This document shows, in pieces, positions 40,411 through 50,543 of a stretch of DNA of 64,000 nt (positions are counted from its first letter, which is position 1; each line of letters opens with the position of its first letter). A model generated the notes under the pieces. It worked only from the letters and a program-made list of their open reading frames with translations. It had not been told where the DNA came from and did not search any database. The position numbers and the translations under genes are program-made. Origin of the DNA: Candidatus Eiseniibacteriota bacterium (GTDB lineage Bacteria > Eisenbacteria > RBG-16-71-46 > CAVPCR01); NCBI GenBank assembly GCA_963702435.1, contig CAVPCR010000004.1, positions 640,001 to 704,000 of the forward strand, read 5' to 3'.

Positions 40411-42369
40411 ATGGGATCCGCAATAGGCGCCGAGCGCCACGTCATCCTGGGCACGGCCGGGCACGTCGACCACGGGAAGACCGCGCTCGTCCGCCTCCTG
40501 ACCGGCATCGACACCGACCGCCTCAAGGAGGAGCAGGAGCGCGGGATCTCGATCGAGCTCGGCTTCGCCCATCTCGATCTCCCCTCCGGGCTCCAGGTCG
40601 GCGTCGTCGACGTCCCGGGGCACGAGCGCTTCGTCAAGCACATGCTGGCCGGCGCCGGCGGCATCGACTTCGTGCTCCTCGTCGTCGCCGCCGACGAGGG
40701 GGTGATGCCGCAGACCGTCGAGCATCTCCAGATCGTCGAGATGCTCGGCGTCGAGCGCGGGCTCGTCGCGCTCACCAAGGTGGATCTGGTCGAGCCCGAG
40801 ATGCGCGAGCTCGCCACCCTCGATGTGCGCGAGATCCTCGCGCCCACGCCGTTCGCCGGCTGGCCGCTCTACCCCGTCTCCGCCGTGACCGGCGAGGGGA
40901 AGACCGAGCTCGCCCGCGCCATCGAGGAGCTCGCCCAGGCAGTCGAGGCGCGGACCGGCGCGGGTCCCTTGCGCCTGCCCATCGATCGCGTCTTCGTCAT
41001 GGAAGGATTCGGTACCGTGGTGACGGGCACGCTGTGGCAGGGCACCGCGCGGGAGGGCGATCAGGTGACGGTCCTGCCGGGGGCGCGCCCGGCGCGCGTG
41101 CGGCAGGTGCAGGTGCACGGGCGCAAGGTCCCGGCGGCCGCCGCCGGACAGCGGGTGGCGCTCGCGCTCCACGGGCTCGACAAGGACGAGATCGCGCGCG
41201 GCGACTGGGTGACGACTCCGGGCGCCTTTCGCGAGGCCTCGATCCTCGACGTGCGGCTGCGCGCCGTGGGGCCGGGCGAGCGCACGATCGCGCAGCGCGA
41301 GCGCGTGCGCTTCCATCTCGGCGCGAGCGAGGTGTACGGTCGCGTCACCTTCTTCGGACGGGATGAGCTCGAGCCGGGAGAGGATGATGTGGCGCAGATC
41401 CGGCTCGAGACCCCGGTCGTCGCCGCCCGCGGCGACCGCTTCGTCATCCGCCGGTATTCACCCGTGCGCACGGCGGGTGGCGGCCAGGTGATCGAGGCCG
41501 CCACACAGAAACGCCGGCGCTCCGACGTGGCAGCGGCGCAGGCGCTCGCCGCGCTCGAGCGCGGCTCCGCCGCGGAGCGGATCGCGGCCGCGCTCGCCGG
41601 CCGCCCGGCGCTGGGGCTCACCGTCGAGGAGATCGCCGCCCGCACCGGCACGGCGGGCGCGGAGGTCGAGATCGCGCTCGCCGCGCTCGTCGTGCGCGGC
41701 GAAGCCGCCGAGCTCGGGCGCGGGCGCTATGTGAGCGTTGCCTACCGGGACGAGATCCGCACCGAGATCGAGATGGCCGCCCGTGACTACCAGGGGCGCT
41801 ATCCCCTTCGTCACGGCATCCCGCGCGGCGAGCTCAGGAGCCGGTTCGCCGGGCGGCTCAAGCCCGAGGCGTTGGATGCGCTGGTCGAGACGCTCGTCGC
41901 GCAGGGCGTGCTCTTTCCGCGCGAGGACCGGCTCCGGCTCGGCGAGCCTGCGCTCGCGCTCCCGCCACGGCTCCGCACGGCGGCCGATCGGCTCCGCGCG
42001 ATCCTTCTCGAGACGGGCTACTCCGTGCCGTCGATCAAGGAAGCGCTCGCGCGCGCGGGCGCCACGGCGGGGCCGGAGGGACAGGAGCTCATCGGGTATC
42101 TCGCCGGGGAAGGCGAGATCGTGCGGCTCGCCGACGATCTCCTCTACACGCGCGAACAGCTCGCGCGTCTCGAGAGCGAGGTCACCGCGGTGCTCCGCGC
42201 GAAGGGCGAGCTCACGGTCGCCGACTTCAAGACGATCACCGGCGTGAGCCGGAAGTACGCGGTGCCGCTCCTCGAGTATCTCGACGGCCGCGGGGTGACG
42301 CGGCGGAGCGGCGACAATCGCGTGCCCGGGCGGCTCCTGGCCGCCGGCGGCCCGGGCGCCCCATGCTAG
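40411..42369 (+). CDS. selB: Selenocysteine-specific translation elongation factor
   Basis: [41 protein letters not shown]-terminal [13 protein letters not shown] winged helix. Confidence 0.95.
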   Translation: MGSAIGAERHVILGTAGHVDHGKTALVRLLTGIDTDRLKEEQERGISIELGFAHLDLPSGLQVGVVDVPGHERFVKHMLAGAGGIDFVLLVVAADEGVMPQTVEHLQIVEMLGVERGLVALTKVDLVEPEMRELATLDVREILAPTPFAGWPLYPVSAVTGEGKTELARAIEELAQAVEARTGAGPLRLPIDRVFVMEGFGTVVTGTLWQGTAREGDQVTVLPGARPARVRQVQVHGRKVPAAAAGQRVALALHGLDKDEIARGDWVTTPGAFREASILDVRLRAVGPGERTIAQRERVRFHLGASEVYGRVTFFGRDELEPGEDDVAQIRLETPVVAARGDRFVIRRYSPVRTAGGGQVIEAATQKRRRSDVAAAQALAALERGSAAERIAAALAGRPALGLTVEEIAARTGTAGAEVEIALAALVVRGEAAELGRGRYVSVAYRDEIRTEIEMAARDYQGRYPLRHGIPRGELRSRFAGRLKPEALDALVETLVAQGVLFPREDRLRLGEPALALPPRLRTAADRLRAILLETGYSVPSIKEALARAGATAGPEGQELIGYLAGEGEIVRLADDLLYTREQLARLESEVTAVLRAKGELTVADFKTITGVSRKYAVPLLEYLDGRGVTRRSGDNRVPGRLLAAGGPGAPC

Positions 42370-42381
42370 AGTGATGTGACC

Positions 42382-43602
42382 ATGTCCCAGCATCCCGATC
42401 TCGTCATCCGCCCCCAGGTCGGCCCCGAGCGCGTCGCCCACCATCACGCCCTCGCCATCTCCCGCTATTTCCCGACCGGCGGCCATCGCGATACGACGCG
42501 CCCGATCCGCGTCGGTCGGGTGCCGATCGGCGGCGGCGCGCCCATCCCGGTTCAGACCATGACCAAGACCGACACCCAGGACGTGCCGGCGACGATCGAG
42601 CAGATTGCGAAGGTCGCGACGGCCGGCGCCGACCTCGTGCGGCTCGCGGTGCCCGACAATGCGGCGGCGGCGGCGCTCCCGGCGATCAAGGCGGCGAGCC
42701 CGATCCCGCTCATTGCCGACATCCATTTCAACTACCTCCTCGCGCTCCGCGCGCTCGAGGCCGGCGTGGACGGGCTCCGCCTCAATCCAGGGAACGTGGG
42801 CGGGTCCGAGCGGGTCGAGACCGTGGCCCGCGAGGCCAAGGCGCGCGACGTGCCGATCCGGATCGGGGTCAACGCCGGATCGCTCGAGCGCGATCTCCTC
42901 GAGCAGCACGGCGGGCCGACTCCCGAGGCCATGGTCGAGAGCGCGCTCCGCCATGTGCGCATCCTCGAGGACAGCGGCTTCTTCGACATCAAGGTGAGCC
43001 TCAAGGCGTCGAACGTTCCCATGACGGTCGCCGCCTACCGACTCATGGCTGCGAAGACCCGCTACCCGCTCCATCTCGGCATCACCGAGGCCGGCACCGC
43101 GCGCACGGGGACCATCAAGTCCGCCGTCGGGCTCGGCATCCTCCTTGCTGAGGGAATCGGCGATACGATCCGGGTCTCGCTGGCCACCGATCCCGCCGAG
43201 GAAGTCGTGGTCGGCATCCAGATCCTCCGCGACCTCGCGTTGCGCGCCCCCGGCGTCAACGTGATCGCCTGCCCGAGCTGCGGGCGCACCGAGATCGATG
43301 TCGAAAGGGTGGCGACGGAAGTCGAGAAGCGGATCGGCGCGCTTCCGTATCAGGTCAGCGTGGCGGTGATGGGGTGCGCGGTGAACGGGCCGGGAGAGGC
43401 GGCGGAGGCCGAGCTCGGCTTCGCGGCCGGCGGCCGGGGCGGCCTTCTCTACAGGGACGGCAAGGTGGTGGGACGGGTGCAGGCCGGTCCGGACGAGATC
43501 GCCGAGGTGCTGGCCCGTGAGGTCGAGGCCTGGGCCGCCGAGAAGGGCGCTCGGCCCCCGGATCCCGCCGCCGGGGCGCCCGCGGCGGCTGACCGGCCGT
43601 GA
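42382..43602 (+). CDS. ispG: (E)-4-hydroxy-3-methylbut-2-enyl diphosphate synthase
   Basis: VQTMT, ADIHF, RLNPGN, RIGVNAGSL, HLGITEAG, GIGDTIRVSL, CPSCGR, VMGCAVNGPGEA. Confidence 0.96.
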   Translation: MSQHPDLVIRPQVGPERVAHHHALAISRYFPTGGHRDTTRPIRVGRVPIGGGAPIPVQTMTKTDTQDVPATIEQIAKVATAGADLVRLAVPDNAAAAALPAIKAASPIPLIADIHFNYLLALRALEAGVDGLRLNPGNVGGSERVETVAREAKARDVPIRIGVNAGSLERDLLEQHGGPTPEAMVESALRHVRILEDSGFFDIKVSLKASNVPMTVAAYRLMAAKTRYPLHLGITEAGTARTGTIKSAVGLGILLAEGIGDTIRVSLATDPAEEVVVGIQILRDLALRAPGVNVIACPSCGRTEIDVERVATEVEKRIGALPYQVSVAVMGCAVNGPGEAAEAELGFAAGGRGGLLYRDGKVVGRVQAGPDEIAEVLAREVEAWAAEKGARPPDPAAGAPAAADRP

Positions 43603-44000
43603 GCGGAGCAGCAGGGCCGGCGTCCGGGCTCGGGTTACCCGCCGCGCGCCAGTCCGGAGGTGCGCAGTTTTTGGCCACATCGTCGCCGGCGCGCGGGGCG
43701 ATGGCCGTCCCAATCGCCACTGATCCAGGGAATTACGCCGGCGACAACCAATTTCATTGACAAGCCGGCACCTTTGGAGAGACAACAGGATCTGGCGGCG
43801 AGTAATCCAACTGGCTCGCCCGCCCGCGAGTTCGCGAACAGGCTCGGCCACTGACCTGCGAGGGGACCAAGATGAGCTGGCCGACATCATCGTCGGGTCA
43901 TGGACAAGACCCGCACGGTCGTCGCGGCGCGAACGAGGCAGCAACACGTCAATCCGGATATCACGCCTCGGCCGTCGACGATCCGGACCACGGTCCGATC

Positions 44001-44369
44001 ATGGGCAGCGATCATCCGGGCGAGCCGGGTGTGGCATTGCTCACGCACCGGCACCACTCGGGCATCGAGATCACGGACGTCCAGGTACGTCTGGTCGACA
44101 ACGAGCGACTGCGCGCTTGGGCGACGATCACGTTCAATGGCGCGTTCGTGATCAAGGGCATCCGGGTGATCCAGGGCAACCGGCGGCTGTTCGTCGCCAT
44201 GCCGTCCAAGCAGCAGAAGGACGGCAAGTACCAGGACATCGCGCATCCCATCACGCCGGACTTCCGTGATTTCCTCGAGCAGCGCATTCTCGAAGTGCAC
44301 GGCGAGATCGAGGCGGACAGCGGCGCGCACCCGGTCCGGTCCGCTCCTGCGGACGAAGCCGACTTCTGA
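44001..44369 (+). CDS. spoVG: SpoVG-family nucleic acid-binding protein
   Basis: EITDVQV, LRAWATITF, FVIKGIRVI, LFVAMPS, YQDIAHPI. Start uncertain (43872, 44001 or a GTG/TTG near 44030). Confidence 0.85.
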   Translation: MGSDHPGEPGVALLTHRHHSGIEITDVQVRLVDNERLRAWATITFNGAFVIKGIRVIQGNRRLFVAMPSKQQKDGKYQDIAHPITPDFRDFLEQRILEVHGEIEADSGAHPVRSAPADEADF

Positions 44370-44403
44370 TCGCGCGGGGCGATCGTCACGACCGAGCAGC
44401 CCG

Positions 44404-46260
44404 TCAGGGCGTGCGGGGTTTGCCGTCGTCCCGATCCCGGTTCGGTCCCGGACCCGCGCTCTCCTCCGCGGCGGCCGGCTTCTGCGGCTCCACCATCACG
44501 GTCTTCGCGCGCAGGCACACCGCCGTTCCCGGCGGCGAGCGCCGCGGCCGTCGCACGTAGCGCTTCTCGGTGATGATCACCGGCACGAGACCCGAGTGGC
44601 GTGCCGCGCTCCAGTGGGCGGCGGCCGCCGCCGCCCTGGCGAGGACGGCGGGCGGCGGCACGCCGTGCCCGCCGGCGGTGCGTCGCAGGATGACGTGCGA
44701 ACCTGCCGCACCGTGCACGTGCAGCCAGGTATCGCGCGGATGAGCGAGCTCGTGGGTGAGCACGTCGTTGTCGGCGTCGCTCCTGCCGACCCGGATCTCC
44801 CAGCCGCCGCCAAGGGCATAGGTCCGATAGGGAAGGCGCTCGGCGGGCCCGGCCGCTTGCTTCGTGGCTCCGGTCCGCGCCTCCGGACCCGGTGCGAGGT
44901 CCGGCGGGACGAGGCCGGAGCGCGCGAGCTCGGCGACGACGGCGGGGAGCTCCTCCTCCGCGGCGGTCGTCACCCGCATCGCGGCCTCCGCAATTTTCTT
45001 TTCCATTGATGCAAGTTCTTGCGCGCGCGTGTCGAGACGATCGCGCGCCCGCTCGGCGCGGCGCGCCGCCTGGAAGATGGCATCGGCGTTGGCCGCGGGC
45101 GATCGTTGCGGATCGAGCGCGATCACGAGCGACGACCCCTCCGCGGAGGGGTCGGCAAGCTCGACGGTCGCCGCGCCGCGGGGCACCTGCGCCAGGTGGG
45201 CGAGGAGCGCGGATCCCCGCCGGCGGAGGTCCGCCGCGTCGCCGAGCGCGGCGCGATCGGCGGCGAGCGCGGCCCGTGCCCGCGCCGACTTGGCAGCGGT
45301 CTTCTTGAGGGCGCGATGCGCGGCGGTGCGCAGGTCGCGCGCGCGGGCCTCCGCCCGCCGCCGCTCGGCCCAGGAGGCGAGCGCTGCGAGCACGGCGCCG
45401 GGGTCGGGCGGCGGCTCGCCGGCCGCGGGGTACTCGGCGTGGAGCTCGGGCTCACCGCGTTCATTCGTGACGAGCGCGAGCGGGCCGGCGTATCCGACCA
45501 GACGAGCGACCGCCTCGTTCGCGCCGGCGGCACCGGCGAAGAGTCGGGAAAGATGCTCCGCCGGCACGCCGTGCATCAGCTCGACGGCCGCGGCGACCGG
45601 ATCCGTCCCGCTCGCGCCGGCCGCGGCGAGCGCGGATCCCAGGGACGGCACCGCGTCCGGCGCGCCGAGCGTGAAGGGCAGGACGTAGGGGCCGCCGCGC
45701 GCCATGCGGCGGTCGTCGGCGCGGCGGGTGCCGGGCGGGCGCATCGCGGCGACGATGGCGCCGCTTTGGGTCACGACGAGGATGGGCGACCGCGGCAGCA
45801 TCTCGAAGTAGAGCGCGAGCGGCTCGGCGGGTTGTGCCCCGGGTGGCTCGGCGGGTTGTGCCCCGGGTGGCTCGGCGGGTTGTGCCCCGGGTGGCTCGGC
45901 GGGCGGCGCCGCGAGCGGATCGGAATGGTCCCCCGGTTGTCCCCCCTGATATGCCCCGAGCGTGAAGCACAGGATGCGCTCGCCGCCGACGAGCCCCACG
46001 CGCAGGATCTCGGCGCCGGCGAGGAGATCGGGGGCCGTTGCCAGCTGCTCGGTCAAGCGGCGGTTCGGCGCGCGGCTCCGCTCGAAACGCAGGTGCGGTG
46101 CGCCCGGCTCGGCGGCCAGCACGAGCATCGAGGGTTCGCGGAGGCCGGCCATGACGAGGCCGAGCTCGCGCTCGCTCAGGAGGCCGGCGCGGCGGATGCG
46201 GCGGCCGGCGATTCGGCTGTCGAGAGCGCGGGCGACGGCCAGGAGCACGAGTGTGTTCAT
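44404..46260 (-). CDS. NFACT-family protein (RqcH/FbpA-like, ribosome quality control)
   Basis: ERIL and LYFEML in NFACT-N, IALDPQRSPAANA, VGRSDADND.LT, WLHVHGAAGSHV, YVRRPR..PPG. Confidence 0.85.
   Translation of the reverse strand: MNTLVLLAVARALDSRIAGRRIRRAGLLSERELGLVMAGLREPSMLVLAAEPGAPHLRFERSRAPNRRLTEQLATAPDLLAGAEILRVGLVGGERILCFTLGAYQGGQPGDHSDPLAAPPAEPPGAQPAEPPGAQPAEPPGAQPAEPLALYFEMLPRSPILVVTQSGAIVAAMRPPGTRRADDRRMARGGPYVLPFTLGAPDAVPSLGSALAAAGASGTDPVAAAVELMHGVPAEHLSRLFAGAAGANEAVARLVGYAGPLALVTNERGEPELHAEYPAAGEPPPDPGAVLAALASWAERRRAEARARDLRTAAHRALKKTAAKSARARAALAADRAALGDAADLRRRGSALLAHLAQVPRGAATVELADPSAEGSSLVIALDPQRSPAANADAIFQAARRAERARDRLDTRAQELASMEKKIAEAAMRVTTAAEEELPAVVAELARSGLVPPDLAPGPEARTGATKQAAGPAERLPYRTYALGGGWEIRVGRSDADNDVLTHELAHPRDTWLHVHGAAGSHVILRRTAGGHGVPPPAVLARAAAAAAHWSAARHSGLVPVIITEKRYVRRPRRSPPGTAVCLRAKTVMVEPQKPAAAEESAGPGPNRDRDDGKPRTP
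45821..45903. repeat. In-frame 24-bp tandem repeat x3.5 (PPGAQPAE) in the NFACT gene
   Basis: GGCTCGGCGGGTTGTGCCCCGGGT at 45821, 45845 and 45869. Confidence 0.92.
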
Positions 46261-46291
46261 CGCAATCACGATCCTCCGCGGCACGCGGGCT

Positions 46292-46415
46292 CGTCAAGGG
46301 CTGCGTGCCTTGCCGCGTCAAGGGCTGCGTGCCTTGCCGCGTCAAGGGCTGCGTGCCTTGCCGCGTCAAGGGCTGCGTGCCTTGCCGCGTCAAGGGCCGC
46401 GTGCGCTTGCCGCGT
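46292..46415. repeat. Intergenic 24-bp tandem repeat, 4 perfect copies plus 1 degenerate
   Basis: CGTCAAGGGCTGCGTGCCTTGCCG at 46292, 46316, 46340 and 46364; variant at 46388; no spacers. Confidence 0.95.
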
Positions 46416-46580
46416 GGCCGCGATCGGGTTGGATCTCGCCTTTACATGCGTGCGCTCGGTGAGGCATACTCGGGCCCACCGACACTGCACAACCCCGGCC
46501 GATCCGCGGCCGCGATCTTCCAGCCTCGGCCCGCCGACTGGGCGGTGCCGCGCGCGTTGCGCTCCGCGACGGAGAACCTC

Positions 46581-47456
46581 ATGAAGAGCATGACGGGCTT
46601 CGGGCGGGCGACGGTCGAGGTGGGCGGCAGGAGCTGCACCGCCGAGATCAGGACCGTCAACCACCGCTACTGCGAGATCTCGCTGCGCCTGCCCCGGAGC
46701 ATGCAGCAGCTCGAGCCCGAGGCGCGCCGCTTGCTTCAGGAGAAGTTCCCGCGCGGCTCGATCTCGGCCACCGTCACGCTCGAGGGGCGGGAGGACGATC
46801 CGGGCACGCTGTCCCTGAACGCGGCGGTCGCCGGTCGTTACATCGAGCTCCTCCGGGAGCTCCAGAAAACGCACGGTCTCGGCGGCCACCTCGACCTGAA
46901 CACGGTCGCGCTCCTCCCCGATCTCTGGGTCTACGAGCAGCGCGAGGCGGACAAAAGCGAGGTGTGGCCGCTCCTCGAAGCCTCCCTCGTCGAAGTGGCG
47001 AAGCGCGTGGACGAGAACCGGTCTCTCGAGGGCACCCATCTCGAGCGCGAGTTCCGGCTCCGCATCGGGCACATGGCGGACGGGCTCGCCAAGATCGAGG
47101 CGCGCGCTCCGGGACGGGCCCGCGAGGTGAAGGATCGGCTGAAGGTGCGTCTCGAGCTGCTCGTCGCCGAGGGCGAGCTCGATCCGACGCGGCTGGCCCA
47201 GGAGATGGCCGTGCTCGCCGACCGCATCGACTACACGGAGGAATCGGTCCGGCTCCGCACCCACCTGGGGCAGTTCCTCGACCTGATGGCGAGTCCGGGC
47301 CCGCACGGCCGGCGGCTCAACTTCCTCATCCAGGAGATGGGGCGCGAGGCCAACACGATCGGCTCGAAGGCCAACGATCCCGAGATCTCGGTCATCGTCA
47401 TCGATCTCAAGGAAGAGATCGAGAAGCTGCGCGAGCAAGTGCAGAACGTGGAATGA
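46581..47456 (+). CDS. yicC: YicC/YloC family endoribonuclease
   Basis: MKSMTGFG, EIRTVNHRY, EESVRLRTH, GRRLNFLIQEMGREANTIGSK, REQVQNVE. Confidence 0.95.
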   Translation: MKSMTGFGRATVEVGGRSCTAEIRTVNHRYCEISLRLPRSMQQLEPEARRLLQEKFPRGSISATVTLEGREDDPGTLSLNAAVAGRYIELLRELQKTHGLGGHLDLNTVALLPDLWVYEQREADKSEVWPLLEASLVEVAKRVDENRSLEGTHLEREFRLRIGHMADGLAKIEARAPGRAREVKDRLKVRLELLVAEGELDPTRLAQEMAVLADRIDYTEESVRLRTHLGQFLDLMASPGPHGRRLNFLIQEMGREANTIGSKANDPEISVIVIDLKEEIEKLREQVQNVE

Positions 47457-48136
47457 CCGATCAGGCCGGCGGGCGAGTGGGTGCAGGCGATCGCGCCACG
47501 CGATCCTTCCCGATCGTGCTCTCCGGACCCTCGGGGGTCGGCAAGAGCTCGATCGTGGCCGCGCTCCTCGCGCATGACTCCGCGCTCCGGCTCTCGGTCT
47601 CGGTCACCACGCGCGCTCGCCGCGGGAGCGAGGTCGCCGGTCGCGATTACACCTACGTGACCCGCGAGGAGTTCGCCGCACTCGAGTCCGCCGGGGCGCT
47701 GGTCGAGTCGGCCGCGGTGCACGGTCAGGCGTACGGCACGCCGCGCGAGCCGCTCGAGCGCTGGCTCGCCGCACGGTGCGACGTGCTCCTCGACATCGAC
47801 TACCAGGGCGGGCTCCGGATCAAGCAGGTCTACCCGGACGCCGTGCTCATCTTCCTCCTGCCACCCTCGTGGCGGGATCTCGAGTCCCGGCTGCGCGGGC
47901 GCCGGAGCGATGCCGAGGCCGAGGTCAACCGCCGGCTCGGGAACGCGGCGAGCGAGATCGCCGCCGGCGAGCGTTATGATTACTTCGTCGTGAACGCCGC
48001 CCTCGACGGCGCGGTGGCCGAGGTCGAGGCCATCATCGCCGCCGAGCGGCGGCGGAGCGCGCGGCGCCAGGTCGGCTTCGCCGTCCTGATCGGCGCCCCG
48101 CCCCCACCCCCGGCCGCGCCGCTCGCGCCGCGCTGA
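47453..48136 (+). CDS. gmk: Guanylate kinase
   Basis: SGPSGVGKS, SVSVTTR, GRDY, YGTP, LDID, FLLPPS; ATGA overlap with yicC. Confidence 0.95.
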   Translation: MTDQAGGRVGAGDRATRSFPIVLSGPSGVGKSSIVAALLAHDSALRLSVSVTTRARRGSEVAGRDYTYVTREEFAALESAGALVESAAVHGQAYGTPREPLERWLAARCDVLLDIDYQGGLRIKQVYPDAVLIFLLPPSWRDLESRLRGRRSDAEAEVNRRLGNAASEIAAGERYDYFVVNAALDGAVAEVEAIIAAERRRSARRQVGFAVLIGAPPPPPAAPLAPR

Positions 48137-48150
48137 GGCGGAGGCCAGCC

Positions 48151-49383
48151 ATGCTGTTCGGGAAGAACGTCATTCTCGGGGTGACCGGATCGATCGCCGC
48201 GTTCAAGGCGATCGACATCCTGCGACTGCTCACCCGGGAGGAGGGCGCGCACGTGACCGCCGTTCTCACCCGGAACGCCACGCACTTCGTCGGCCCGCTC
48301 TCGTTCAGCGTGCTCTCCGGCCGCCCCTGCCTCGTCGATCAGTGGGAGGCCGAGGAGATGCGGGCGAGCTTCATCCCGCCCGACACCGCGGGGCGCGTGC
48401 CGCTCGTGCACATCGATCTCGCGCAGAACGCCGACCTCGTCGTCGTGGCGCCGGCCTCGGCCAACCTGCTCGGCAAGGTTGCGCACGGGATCGCCGACGA
48501 TCTCCTCACGGTGACCATCATGGCCACCGGCGCGCCGGTCGTCTTCGCACCGGCGATGAACACGCGCATGTGGGAGAACCCGATCGTCCGGGCCAACGTG
48601 CGGCGGCTCGACGAGCTCGGCTACCACTTCGTGGGCCCCGACAGCGGGGATCTGGCCTGCGGCATCGGCCCGGGGCGGATGAGCGAGCCGGCGGCGGTGG
48701 TGGCGGCCGCGAAGGCGCTTCTCGGTCGGGGGCCGCTCGCCGGCAAGACGATCCTCGTCACTGCCGGCCGCACCGAGGAACCGATCGATCCGGTGCGCAC
48801 GCTCTCCAACCGTTCGAGCGGGCGGATGGGCTACGCGCTGGCGGTGGCGGCGCGCGATCTCGGCGCGCACGTCGTCCTCGTGACCGGCGCCGCGGAGATC
48901 GAGCCGCCGGCGGGGGTCGAGGTGATCCGGGCGCTCACGGCCGCGGCCATGCGCGACGAAGTGCTGGGCGCGCTCGCGCGCGCCGATGCGCTGATCATGG
49001 CGGCGGCGGTCGCCGACTATCGACCCGCGGCCGTGCACGCGGAGAAGATCCGCCGCGGGGCGGGGCCGCTCCATCTCGAGCTCGAGCCGACGGCCGACAT
49101 CCTGGCCGAGGCCGCCCGCGAGAAGGGCGCGCGCGTCCGGGTCGGTTTCGCGCTCGAGACGGGCGCCGGAGGGCTCGCGAGCGCCCGCGAGAAGCTCGTC
49201 AGGAAAGGACTCGATCTCGTCGTGCTCAACTGGGCCGGCGAGGCGATCGGCAGGGAGACCAACCGGGTCGTGCTCGTGGATGCCGAGGGCGAGCGCGAGC
49301 TCCCGGTGCTCGCGAAGGCCGAGGCGGCGCGCGCCATCCTGGCCGAGGTGGTGCGGCGGCTCGGTGTGCGGCCGGGTGCGTGA
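48151..49383 (+). CDS. coaBC: Bifunctional phosphopantothenoylcysteine decarboxylase / ligase
   Basis: GVTGSIAAFK, APASAN, PAMN, GDLACG, IDPVR..SNRSSG, AAVADY, VGFALET. Confidence 0.95.
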   Translation: MLFGKNVILGVTGSIAAFKAIDILRLLTREEGAHVTAVLTRNATHFVGPLSFSVLSGRPCLVDQWEAEEMRASFIPPDTAGRVPLVHIDLAQNADLVVVAPASANLLGKVAHGIADDLLTVTIMATGAPVVFAPAMNTRMWENPIVRANVRRLDELGYHFVGPDSGDLACGIGPGRMSEPAAVVAAAKALLGRGPLAGKTILVTAGRTEEPIDPVRTLSNRSSGRMGYALAVAARDLGAHVVLVTGAAEIEPPAGVEVIRALTAAAMRDEVLGALARADALIMAAAVADYRPAAVHAEKIRRGAGPLHLELEPTADILAEAAREKGARVRVGFALETGAGGLASAREKLVRKGLDLVVLNWAGEAIGRETNRVVLVDAEGERELPVLAKAEAARAILAEVVRRLGVRPGA

Positions 49384-50271
49384 ATGGAACGCGGAGATCG
49401 AGCGGGGATGACGAGAGAAGAGATCGAGGTGATCGCCGCCGTGCGGCGGCTCGTGGCGGCGGAGATCGCCGCCGGGCGGGGCCGGGTGATCGATGCCGAG
49501 CTCAAGGTGCGCCTCGCGCCCGGACCCGAGCCGGCCCGCGCTGCGGTTTCGCCGGGCCCGCCGGCGCCGGCCCGGACATCCGCTCCGGGCAGCGCATCCG
49601 CTCCGGGCAGCGCGTCCGCTCCGGGCAACAGGGCGGCTCCGGCGCCTCCCGCCGCCGGCCCCGACCAGGCGGCGCGCGCCGCGCGCCTCGCCGCGCTCAC
49701 CGCGGAGGTCGAGGCATGCACGCGTTGCGCGCTCGCCACCACGCGGACCAAGGTCGTGGTCGGCGTCGGCCGCCTCGACCCCGGTCTGCTTCTCGTCGGG
49801 GAGGCGCCGGGAGCCGACGAGGACCGAGTGGGCGAGCCCTTCGTCGGGCGCGCCGGCCAGCTCCTGACCCGCATCCTCGCCGCCATCGGTCTCGAGCGCG
49901 GTGATGTCTACATTGCCAACGTGCTCAAGTGCCGGCCGCCCGAGAACCGCAATCCGCTGCCCGGCGAGATCGCGGCCTGCTCGCCGTACCTGGCTGAGCA
50001 GATCGCACTGGTCCGCCCGCGGGTCATCGCGGCGCTCGGGCGCTTCGCCGCGGCCACGCTCCTCCGCACGCATCAGACGACGCTCAGTGCGCTGCGCGGG
50101 CGCATCCACGACTACCAGGGCATTCCGGTCGTCGTCACCTATCATCCGTCGGCTCTCCTGCGCTATCCGATGTACAAGAAGCCGACGTGGGAGGACATGC
50201 AGGTGATCCAGCGCTTGCTCGCCGGGCAGAGCGCCGCCGAGGCGCTGGTCGCGGCGAGCCCGGACGCCTGA
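49384..50271 (+). CDS. Uracil-DNA glycosylase family 4
   Basis: CTRCAL, GEAPG, PFVGRAG, NVLKCRPPENR, TYHPS. Start may be 49408. Confidence 0.93.
   Translation: MERGDRAGMTREEIEVIAAVRRLVAAEIAAGRGRVIDAELKVRLAPGPEPARAAVSPGPPAPARTSAPGSASAPGSASAPGNRAAPAPPAAGPDQAARAARLAALTAEVEACTRCALATTRTKVVVGVGRLDPGLLLVGEAPGADEDRVGEPFVGRAGQLLTRILAAIGLERGDVYIANVLKCRPPENRNPLPGEIAACSPYLAEQIALVRPRVIAALGRFAAATLLRTHQTTLSALRGRIHDYQGIPVVVTYHPSALLRYPMYKKPTWEDMQVIQRLLAGQSAAEALVAASPDA
49578..49627 (+). repeat. In-frame 18-bp tandem repeat (SAPGSA, about 2.8 copies) in the UDG linker
   Basis: ATCCGCTCCGGGCAGCGC twice plus a partial third copy. Confidence 0.85.
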
Positions 50272-50543
50272 TCCTGCGCGCACCAATACGCTGATCCCGC
50301 GGCCGCGAGGAGCGGGGTCGTTCGATTCTCGTTCTGGTTCCAGACGGGTTCGATGGCCGATTCCCGGACCGGAATCACCGGATCTGGCGGGATGCCCTCT
50401 CGCGCGCCGCGAGCGCAGGAGGGCAGCCCGGCATATCTCGTGGTCCCCCCCCGGGACCGCCGGCCGCCGCATCACCACGAGAGGGTGCCGGCGCCCGCCC
50501 GAGCCAACGCTCGGCCGAGCCCGCCGCCCAAGGGGGAAGGACC

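Noticed and set aside
46292..46415. Possible CRISPR array
   Set aside because: Repeats are contiguous with no spacers and there are no cas genes; the same applies to the arrays at 9806 and 33174.
50272..50543. Possible tRNA (including tRNA-Sec) around GGTTCGA in the udg-dnaB gap
   Set aside because: No cloverleaf with acceptor stem and T-arm could be built by eye; tRNAscan-SE would settle it.
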